Program-made: the position numbers and the translations under genes | Virus record (IMG/VR): IMGVR_UViG_3300005662_000054 | Location: 1 to 54,572 of that record | DNA: 54,572 nt | Source: a virus | Taxonomy: Duplodnaviria; Caudoviricetes | Reading direction: 5' to 3' (one strand) | Notes under the pieces: generated by a model | Database searches by the model: none | Told to the model about the DNA's origin: nothing | Seen by the model: the letters and a program-made list of their open reading frames with translations, nothing else | Shown: positions 47,591 to 54,572 of the stretch, piece after piece | Layout of the letters: the number at the start of each line of letters is the position of its first letter | Numbering within the stretch: position 1 is the first letter of the stretch

Positions 47591-48685
47591 ATGCGAGTCA
47601 AGGTACAAGGATTTTTATTTGGCAAGTCTCATAGCTGGGCTTATGTTAATCAAAATTTAGGAAGATCTCTTCTTAATCAGGGTCACGAAGTAGAATTTAT
47701 TTCTACAGATGGAAATAAACCTGAACATACCCCTGAAGATTTAAAGCCATTTATAAAATTAAGACCATCTGGTGAATATGATATGCAAGTATCATATACT
47801 GCCATGATTAATTTTCAAAATTATTTATCTTATGGTTCTAAAAATCGTTTTGGAATATGGTGTTATGAATTTCCAATTATTCCAAAAGAATTTATTAAAT
47901 ATTATAAATTTGTAGATAAAATTTTAGCCCCAAGCCAGTTTGCTAAAGATATTTTTGTTAATAATAAAATTCCAGAAGAATGTGTTTCGGTAGTTCCACA
48001 TGGAATTAATTTAGAGCATTTTGCTTATAAGCAAAAATATCCTTTAAAAACTAAAAAGAAATTAAAATTTTTAATTCCATTGGGACAGCCTCATATTAGA
48101 AAGGCTATCCCTGAAACAATAGAAGCTTTTTATAAGGCTTTTACTAACAAAGATGATGTGTGCTTAGTCGCAAAAGTTCCATCAGCTTCTTTGGATAAAA
48201 AAGCTCCTTTTGAAGTTGATGTAAAGAAAATAATTCATCAATTAAATCAAAAATACAAAAATCATCCAGAAATTGAGCTAATTACTACTTATGTTCCTAA
48301 TATGGTTTCTTTATTCAATGCTTGTGATGTTGTATACTCTTTAACTCATGCTGAATGTTTTTTCATGCCAGCTTTGGAAGGTTTTGCTGCTGATAAATTA
48401 GTTATTGTGCCTCGCCATGGGGGTCAGTTAGATTTTTGCAATGATGACAATAGTATTTTAATTTCTGGAAAAGAAGTGAGGGCTCCAATGGATGCTCAGT
48501 ATTGGAGCGCATCTGTGTATAATTCTTATTTTGAAGCAGACCAAGAACACGCAGTAGAATCATTGAGAAAAGTATATCAGTCATATGATTCTATTTTAGA
48601 ATCTAAAAACGAATCCATGCAAAATACTGTTAATCAATATACTTGGGACAATGCGTTAAATTTAATTTTGAAAGAAGTAAAATGA
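47591..48685 (+). CDS. Glycosyltransferase, GT4-like (GT-B fold)
   Basis: APSQFAKD...VVPHGI...RKAI...AFYKAF...ECFFMPALEGFA (E-x7-E motif). Confidence 0.85.
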   Translation: MRVKVQGFLFGKSHSWAYVNQNLGRSLLNQGHEVEFISTDGNKPEHTPEDLKPFIKLRPSGEYDMQVSYTAMINFQNYLSYGSKNRFGIWCYEFPIIPKEFIKYYKFVDKILAPSQFAKDIFVNNKIPEECVSVVPHGINLEHFAYKQKYPLKTKKKLKFLIPLGQPHIRKAIPETIEAFYKAFTNKDDVCLVAKVPSASLDKKAPFEVDVKKIIHQLNQKYKNHPEIELITTYVPNMVSLFNACDVVYSLTHAECFFMPALEGFAADKLVIVPRHGGQLDFCNDDNSILISGKEVRAPMDAQYWSASVYNSYFEADQEHAVESLRKVYQSYDSILESKNESMQNTVNQYTWDNALNLILKEVK

Positions 48686-49368
48686 ATTTAATTAGCGTTA
48701 TTATACCAGTGTATAACCAAGTGCATTTTACAAGAAAATGCATCGAAGATTTATCTCATTTACCTGAGCAGTGCCAAATTATCGTCGTAGATAATAATAG
48801 TATAGATGGTACTAGTGATTTTTTTAAATCATTAAATAAAAAAAATATTAAATATATTAAATTAGATAAAAATTTAGGTTTTGGAGCCGCCAATAATATT
48901 GGCGTAAATCATTCGGAAAGCGACAATTTATTATTTCTAAATAATGACGTAGCAGTTCTAAAAGATAAGTCTACATGGATCGATTCTTTAATTGAAAAAT
49001 GTCAGGATAGATTAATTTCTTCTCAGTCTGGATTATTAAATAGTAATTTTAATTTTGTTCGTGAAGCATCTGCTCCTCATCTTTTGCAAGACCCATTTGA
49101 ATATTTAAGTGGCTGGTCAATTATGGGATCGAGAAAATTATTTGATCAAATAGCGAAAGAAGAAGGGGTTATTTGGTCTAAAAAATATTTTGCTTATTTT
49201 GAAGACGCTCATTTAAGTTGGAAGGCGAATGAATTAAAAATTCCAATGGAAGTAGTGAAGACTCCATTGCATCATTTTGGAAGAATTACATCGAGTAAAA
49301 TGGGTCTATCTAACTTATATCAAGAATCTTATAAGATATTTTCTTCTTATTGGAAGGGAAAGAAATGA
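48682..49368 (+). CDS. Glycosyltransferase family 2
   Basis: ISVIIPVYNQ...IIVVDNNSIDGT...NLGFGAANNIG...LFLNNDV...YFED; ATGA overlap at 48682. Confidence 0.9.
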   Translation: MNLISVIIPVYNQVHFTRKCIEDLSHLPEQCQIIVVDNNSIDGTSDFFKSLNKKNIKYIKLDKNLGFGAANNIGVNHSESDNLLFLNNDVAVLKDKSTWIDSLIEKCQDRLISSQSGLLNSNFNFVREASAPHLLQDPFEYLSGWSIMGSRKLFDQIAKEEGVIWSKKYFAYFEDAHLSWKANELKIPMEVVKTPLHHFGRITSSKMGLSNLYQESYKIFSSYWKGKK

Positions 49369-50174
49369 AATTACACATTCTAACATTAACTTGGAATGGC
49401 TCTTTTCTTTTAAAGAGACTGGCTCCAGGACTTCTTAGTAATTTAAAAAATCTTGATATTGATGCCCATTGGTATGTTAGAAGCAATGGATGCAAAGATG
49501 ATTCAGTTTCTTATTTAGAATCTTTGGGCAATAAAGTTTCTATCTTAAAAAAAGACCATAACAGAGACAATTTTTCTCAAGGTGTTAATTCTTTAGCTGT
49601 TATGGCTAAAAACAGTATAGGAAATGAAGATTTATTTTTACTTTTGAACAATGATATCTTTTTTAAAGATTCAAATGCTTTAAAAGTAATTATAGATACT
49701 TATATTAAGTACAAGCCTGGAGTTGTTGGAGCAAAATTAAATTATACTAATTCTAATAAGTTACAACATGCTGGTGTAATATTTTCTTCAAAGTATGGTA
49801 ACATGCCTTGGCATTATAAAGCAAATGAAGAAGAAGACTCTGATTCTTGTAAAAATAGAGAGTTTCAGGCGGTAACGGGTGCGTGTCTTCTTACCCCTTG
49901 TAATTTATTTTTTGAAATGAATATGCTTGATGAAAAATTTAATTGGGCTTTTGAGGATATTGCATATACTTTAAAAGTTGGCAAAACAGGCAAAAAAATA
50001 ATTTATTGTGGCGGAGTAAATATAGATCATGGAGAATCAGTTTCTTTAAAAAAGAATCCTGTAAATAAATTAATGATGGGACCTAATGTTAAACATTTTA
50101 AAGAAAATTATGATTCTTTATATAAATTAGATCATGATTTATATTTAAAAAATAAGGATTATAAGTTAATATGA
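49365..50174 (+). CDS. Glycosyltransferase family 2
   Basis: ILTLTWN...NFSQGVN...LLLNNDI...VVGAKL...LQHAGV...AVTGACLL...FEDI; ATGA overlap at 49365. Confidence 0.88.
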   Translation: MKLHILTLTWNGSFLLKRLAPGLLSNLKNLDIDAHWYVRSNGCKDDSVSYLESLGNKVSILKKDHNRDNFSQGVNSLAVMAKNSIGNEDLFLLLNNDIFFKDSNALKVIIDTYIKYKPGVVGAKLNYTNSNKLQHAGVIFSSKYGNMPWHYKANEEEDSDSCKNREFQAVTGACLLTPCNLFFEMNMLDEKFNWAFEDIAYTLKVGKTGKKIIYCGGVNIDHGESVSLKKNPVNKLMMGPNVKHFKENYDSLYKLDHDLYLKNKDYKLI

Positions 50175-51148
50175 AGTCTTTATGTTTGCCATATTGCCCT
50201 GGAATACCTTGGGACATTAACGATCAAGATATGATCGTTAAAAAGTTAAAGGGAGAGTTTCGTTCTCTTACTACAAAAAATATTAATGTGGTTTGTCATG
50301 GCGGATTGTTGGAATCATTCTTTTCTACTTTTTGTATAGAATATTTTAAATTAAAATACCCCGAAAAAAATATATTTTGGCATGGCAGAGAAGAATTTAA
50401 AGAAATTATAAAATTACAAGGAGCTGCTAATTATTCTTCTGAAATTACAAAAGAAATTTCGGGATCCTATCCGATTCATTTCTTTAAAGATAAAGAAAAT
50501 AATGCATATTTTAATTTATTAGATAATTATTTTGAATATCACACCTATCTAGGTAAAAAAATTAAAAAAAATAAAAATAATTTTATTGATATTTTTAACA
50601 AAAATTTTATGTTGGATAAATTATTAAATTATCCATTTGTTCTTAGAAACCAAGATAGAGATATAGAGTTTGAGGCTTGGTGTAAATTAAATAAGTATGT
50701 AATAAATAAGCCTTATATTTTAATTTTGCCTGATAGACTTACTCATTCTTTGCACAAATTAGATTTTATTAATTTTTCTATGATGGAGCTAAGGGCGCTG
50801 TCCTCTGTTTTAGCACTGCAGGGCATTCAAACTATCATTATGTCAGATGATCCTTCAAAATATTACGGTAATTTTAAATTTATAAAATATTCTTTTACTA
50901 GATTTTTATCTTTAGCAAGAAATGCTAAAATTGTATTGTCTAGACAGCCTGATTATTCAATAATATCATTATTATTATTTAAAAATAATACTTATTCTTA
51001 CTTTTTAAGACATATGCCAAAAATTAAATTAAAACCTACTATGAGAAGAGTAAAAGGCGCAGTGGATCCTGATTGGAGGCACATAAAGCGTCAAGATGCA
51101 TTACCTTCTATCATTGAACAAATAACCAGGAAGATTTATGAACGCTAA
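50171..51148 (+). CDS. Divergent GT9 (heptosyltransferase)-like protein
   Basis: INVVCHGGLLESFFST...FKLKYPEKNIFW resembles the GT9 N-terminus (GGLGD..); KPYILILP; embedded in the GT cluster. Confidence 0.45.
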   Translation: MKSLCLPYCPGIPWDINDQDMIVKKLKGEFRSLTTKNINVVCHGGLLESFFSTFCIEYFKLKYPEKNIFWHGREEFKEIIKLQGAANYSSEITKEISGSYPIHFFKDKENNAYFNLLDNYFEYHTYLGKKIKKNKNNFIDIFNKNFMLDKLLNYPFVLRNQDRDIEFEAWCKLNKYVINKPYILILPDRLTHSLHKLDFINFSMMELRALSSVLALQGIQTIIMSDDPSKYYGNFKFIKYSFTRFLSLARNAKIVLSRQPDYSIISLLLFKNNTYSYFLRHMPKIKLKPTMRRVKGAVDPDWRHIKRQDALPSIIEQITRKIYER

Positions 51149-51917
51149 ATTATTAATGGTAACTTATAATAGATTAAATTTAACAAAAGAGACTTTAAAT
51201 AATATTTTTGAAGTTACTAAAACGCCTTTTGAATTAATTATTGTAGATAATGCTTCTCAAGATGGCACTGTTGAATATTTAAAAGAGCTTTTATCTAACA
51301 AATCTAAAGATAGTTATTATTTAGGAGCTAAGTTATTATGCAATTCTGAAAATTTAGGAATTGCTATTGGAAGAAATCAAACACTAGGTCTTGCAGGTGA
51401 CGCTTCTTGGTACGCCACATTAGATAATGATGTTTTGTTACCAGATAACTGGTTACAAAAGTGTATTAATATTATGACTCTTGAACCTCGCTATGGAATG
51501 CTTGGAGTAAATTTTGAAAACGTTAAATATCCCTTGTTAGAAGTTGGATCGTATAATGTTCAGCATAAACAACAGGGAAATTTAGGAACTGCTTGTATGG
51601 TTTTCTCCAAAAAAGTTCATAAAATGATTGGATTTTTTAATGATTTTGATTATGGCAAATATGGACTAGAAGATAGCGACTATGGATTCAGGGCAAGAGT
51701 TGCTGGATTTAAGCTAGGATATTTAGAAGATACCGGAACTCATTTAGGAGAAGATGGGGCAGATAAAAGTTCATACAGGCAGTTTAAAACAGAGGAGCAC
51801 AATAAATTTGTGCAAAAGTTTTATAACAATTGTAAATTGTATTACAGTAATCAAAAACCAATATATGTTCCATTAAATAAAGAAAAATATAAATTTAATA
51901 ATATAATATCATTTTAA
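51138..51917 (+). CDS. Glycosyltransferase family 2
   Basis: LLMVTYNRL...LIIVDNASQDGT...NLGIAIGRN...LDNDV...YGLEDSDY..R...AG. Confidence 0.9.
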   Translation: MNAKLLMVTYNRLNLTKETLNNIFEVTKTPFELIIVDNASQDGTVEYLKELLSNKSKDSYYLGAKLLCNSENLGIAIGRNQTLGLAGDASWYATLDNDVLLPDNWLQKCINIMTLEPRYGMLGVNFENVKYPLLEVGSYNVQHKQQGNLGTACMVFSKKVHKMIGFFNDFDYGKYGLEDSDYGFRARVAGFKLGYLEDTGTHLGEDGADKSSYRQFKTEEHNKFVQKFYNNCKLYYSNQKPIYVPLNKEKYKFNNIISF

Positions 51918-51920
51918 ATT

Positions 51921-54572
51921 ATGCAAGAATATTTTTTTGATAAATTAAAATCAATATGTTCATCAAGTATTGGTTGTAAATATGATGGAACTTATGTTTT
52001 AGAGCCAAAATTTGGTAAGATATCTTTTTTGATTGAAGAAGATTTTTCTTATATAGAGATACATCTAAAAAGATTGTCTGGAAATGGAAAAATAAAAATT
52101 AATGAAGAAGAACATATTGTTTTATCTAAAAATTTGCAAATAAAAGTATTACTGTGTAAAGATAAAAAAATTTATATTACAAGACCTGAAGATTCTATTG
52201 GCGAGGTGGCAATTTTAGGCATAGAAATAGATTCTGATTATGAGGAATATATGGCAAGAAATTGGAAGTCAATAGTAAGAAAATTTTCTAATTATAAAGG
52301 GCTATCTTTAGTTAAAAACGATTTATTAGCAAAGGAGGGCTCATTTATTGAGCCCAGTGCTATTATTTCCGATCTGACTACGGATCCTCCTAATGCATAT
52401 TCTATTAAAGAAAACAGAATAGTTTTTAATTATAATTGTAAAATTTTAGATATTGATGTTAGCTCTGAAGTAAAAGTTGAAAAAACAGAACTTTTTGTTA
52501 GTAGAGAGCCAGCAACTCCAATTAGAAATCCCGAGATTATAAAAGATGATATAATTAATGTTAATAATTATATTAATTTTAATCAAAATGTAAAAAGAGA
52601 TAGCATGGTAGATTTTAAGCCTTTAGTTAATATTGTTTACGATTCTGATAAGTTTAATGGTTTTGTTAAAAATAACTTTAAAGAACAAAACAGAAATATT
52701 AAATTTATTGCCAGTAATGGTAAAAATTATTTATCTATTAAACCTGGAGCTACGTTCTCAATTCCCATTTCTTCTATTGAGCCAAATAAAAAATATACCA
52801 TTATTTTTAATGGTAAAAAATTTGGTGGAAATGGAAAATTTAAAGCTTCTATTTCTAATTCTAAATCACCAGATCAATATGCTTCCCTTGTTTTTTCAAT
52901 AAACCTTGAAGACAAAAATATAAATATCTCTTCAGGTGAAGAGCCAGATTTTGGAACTTCTTACAAATTAAATATTGGTGTTTTTGAAGATGGTAATAGT
53001 GAAATTCTAGTTTCTAGAATTATTTTAGTAGAAGCATTGGACCATGTTAAAATGGATACAGTTTCTGATGTGGAAAATCTTAATTCACGTCAAGAAGTTA
53101 AATATTCTTTACCGGCACATACCTTATCTGCCAATCTTAAAGGCAAAAATAAATTTGTTATTGTTATTCCTAGTTATAAAAATCAAGAATGGGCAGAGAA
53201 AAACATTTTATCAGCTTTAGATCAAAATTATCCAGATTTCAGAGTTCTTTTTACTGACGATTGCTCTCCTGATAACACTTTTGATGTTGTGAAAAAAGCT
53301 GTAGAAAATCATCCAAATAAAAATAAAGCTGTTATTGTAAGAAACGAAGTCCGCAAAGGGGCTTTAGAAAATCTCTATAATATGATTCATTCTTGTGATG
53401 ATGATGAAATTGTATTAACATTGGACGGTGATGACTGGCTAGCAAGTCCAGAAGTATTAAATACTTTGAACATTCATTATTCTGGTGATGTGTGGATGAC
53501 TTATGGTCAATATCAAAATTATCCCGATGGTGGAAGAGGAATAGCTCAACAAATACCAGACCATGTTATTAAAAGTAAAAACTATAGAAGTTTTTCTTGG
53601 TGTTCGTCTCACTTAAGAACTTTTTACGCTTGGCTATTTAAACAAATTAAAAAAGAAGACTTCTTCTATGAAGGTAAATTTATGGCTATGACATGGGACA
53701 TGGCAATGATGTTTCCTATGTTAGAAATGTCTGGTCATCGCTCTAAATTTATTAGCGAGTATTTATACATATATAATTTAGTAAATCCAATTAACGATCA
53801 TAAAGTTAATCAAAAATTACAGCAAAAGTTAGATCGTTTAATTAGAACCATGCCCAAGTATCCAGTTTTAAATAAAGAGCCCGCTCATGTTTTAGAAAAT
53901 AGGGCTAAAAATAAAAAGAAGATAGGTTTATTAGTAATTGCAACTGGTAAATACGATCAATTTATTCCGCAATTAATTCAATCAGCTGATAAATATTATT
54001 TTCATGATTCAAAATTTGAAGTAACATATTTTATTTTTACAGATAAAGAGATTTCTTTAAATACTTCAAGAAATTATAAGTTAATTAACATAGAACATCG
54101 TGGTTTTCCATATGCTAGCATGGATAGATTTAAGCATTTTACAAATAATTCAGAAGAACTATCTAAAATGGATTATTTATATTATGTAGATGTTGACTGT
54201 AAGTTTGTAGATTATGTTTCTACTGAAACTTTGGGCGATCTGGTAGGGGTTCGTCATTGCGGTTATTTCAATGGCGGAGGTACATTTGAAGAAAATAAAA
54301 ATTCCGTATTTTATGAAGACCCTAAAAAATATAAATATTATTTTGGAGGCGGGTTTAGCGGAGGGGCGGCAGCTTCTTATTTAAATCTTTCTAAATGGTG
54401 TTATGAAATGATAGAAAGAGACTTATCAAATAATATAGTGCCGACTTGGCACGATGAAACTGCTTTAAATAGGTACTTTTTAGATCACGAACCTGAAATT
54501 GCATTAACCCCTAGTTATCACTATCCAGAGAACTATTCAAATTATGTTGCAAAATGGAGACCGTATAAATTT
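51921..54572 (+). CDS. Multidomain glycosyltransferase: unknown N-terminal region + GT2 + GT6 (ABO/alpha-1,3-Gal(NAc)T-like); 3'-truncated and absent from the ORF track
   Basis: Hand translation is open from ATG 51921 to the window end (884 codons). GT2 starts at 53151 (FVIVIPSYKN...TDDCSPD...LDGDDW). GT6 starts at about 53919 (KIGLLVIATGKY...YFIFTD...YYVDVD...YYFGGGFSGG...WHDETALNRYF...LTPSY). Confidence 0.88.
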   Translation, partial: MQEYFFDKLKSICSSSIGCKYDGTYVLEPKFGKISFLIEEDFSYIEIHLKRLSGNGKIKINEEEHIVLSKNLQIKVLLCKDKKIYITRPEDSIGEVAILGIEIDSDYEEYMARNWKSIVRKFSNYKGLSLVKNDLLAKEGSFIEPSAIISDLTTDPPNAYSIKENRIVFNYNCKILDIDVSSEVKVEKTELFVSREPATPIRNPEIIKDDIINVNNYINFNQNVKRDSMVDFKPLVNIVYDSDKFNGFVKNNFKEQNRNIKFIASNGKNYLSIKPGATFSIPISSIEPNKKYTIIFNGKKFGGNGKFKASISNSKSPDQYASLVFSINLEDKNINISSGEEPDFGTSYKLNIGVFEDGNSEILVSRIILVEALDHVKMDTVSDVENLNSRQEVKYSLPAHTLSANLKGKNKFVIVIPSYKNQEWAEKNILSALDQNYPDFRVLFTDDCSPDNTFDVVKKAVENHPNKNKAVIVRNEVRKGALENLYNMIHSCDDDEIVLTLDGDDWLASPEVLNTLNIHYSGDVWMTYGQYQNYPDGGRGIAQQIPDHVIKSKNYRSFSWCSSHLRTFYAWLFKQIKKEDFFYEGKFMAMTWDMAMMFPMLEMSGHRSKFISEYLYIYNLVNPINDHKVNQKLQQKLDRLIRTMPKYPVLNKEPAHVLENRAKNKKKIGLLVIATGKYDQFIPQLIQSADKYYFHDSKFEVTYFIFTDKEISLNTSRNYKLINIEHRGFPYASMDRFKHFTNNSEELSKMDYLYYVDVDCKFVDYVSTETLGDLVGVRHCGYFNGGGTFEENKNSVFYEDPKKYKYYFGGGFSGGAAASYLNLSKWCYEMIERDLSNNIVPTWHDETALNRYFLDHEPEIALTPSYHYPENYSNYVAKWRPYKF

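Larger units (their letters stand above)
1..54572 (+). mobile_element. Segment of a large contractile-tailed (myovirus-like) bacteriophage genome: neck/tail/baseplate module plus glycosyltransferase cluster
   Basis: Co-oriented dense genes in the order sheath-tube-chaperone (frameshift)-tape measure-hub-spike-gp25-baseplate J, with HNH and GIY-YIG genes and no core bacterial housekeeping genes. Confidence 0.9.

Noticed and set aside
34153-49364. Track start sites 34153, 48643 and 49350
   Set aside because: Downstream ATGs (34204, 48682, 49365) avoid long overlaps, give ATGA coupling in two cases and begin at the domain boundary.
907-49495. Short minus-strand ORFs in the track (e.g. 907-1137, 2585-2839, 16881-17093, 21798-22220, 30635-31015, 39564-39800)
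   Set aside because: All lie antisense within long, well-supported + strand genes and show no recognisable motifs; treated as shadow ORFs.
52633-52902. 89-aa + strand ORF from the track
   Set aside because: It is out of frame inside the long 51921-54572 glycosyltransferase ORF, which the track missed because it has no stop within the window.
1-54572. Stop-codon reassignment (alternative genetic code), as in some large phages
   Set aside because: Very long ORFs are intact in code 11, and TAA, TAG and TGA all end genes at sensible boundaries.

Overview
This AT-rich window (roughly 30-33% GC by eye) carries about 30 tightly packed genes, all on the + strand, in the standard genetic code. It is best read as the virion-morphogenesis region of a large myovirus-type phage with a contractile tail. 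The order is: accessory genes (IscS-like cysteine desulfurase, HNH, cold-shock protein), neck/head-tail genes with a GIY-YIG remnant and a HExxH protease, a GATC/palindrome-rich non-coding element, two paralogous beta-helix tailspike/fibre genes flanking a holin-like gene, then tail completion, sheath, tube, G/GT chaperones with a -1 frameshift, tape measure, an enlarged baseplate module, a dockerin-bearing protein, and at least six glycosyltransferase-type genes. The last gene (51921 to the window end) is missing from the ORF track; it is a GT2 + GT6 (ABO-like) fusion. No capsid, portal, terminase, tRNA or CRISPR is visible. The strongest unexplained signal is the tripeptide DGY, which I count 33 times by hand across nine mostly unrelated structural proteins, most of them predicted to be exposed. 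It is absent from the tube, tape measure, hub, baseplate J and all enzymes. Lying next to the glycosyltransferase cluster, it suggests a possible sequon-directed (Tyr-linked?) virion glycosylation or decoration system. A candidate phage late-promoter motif (YAAT-N7-YATA) with apparent leaderless starts is also visible. All protein calls come from motif recognition and synteny, not from database searches.
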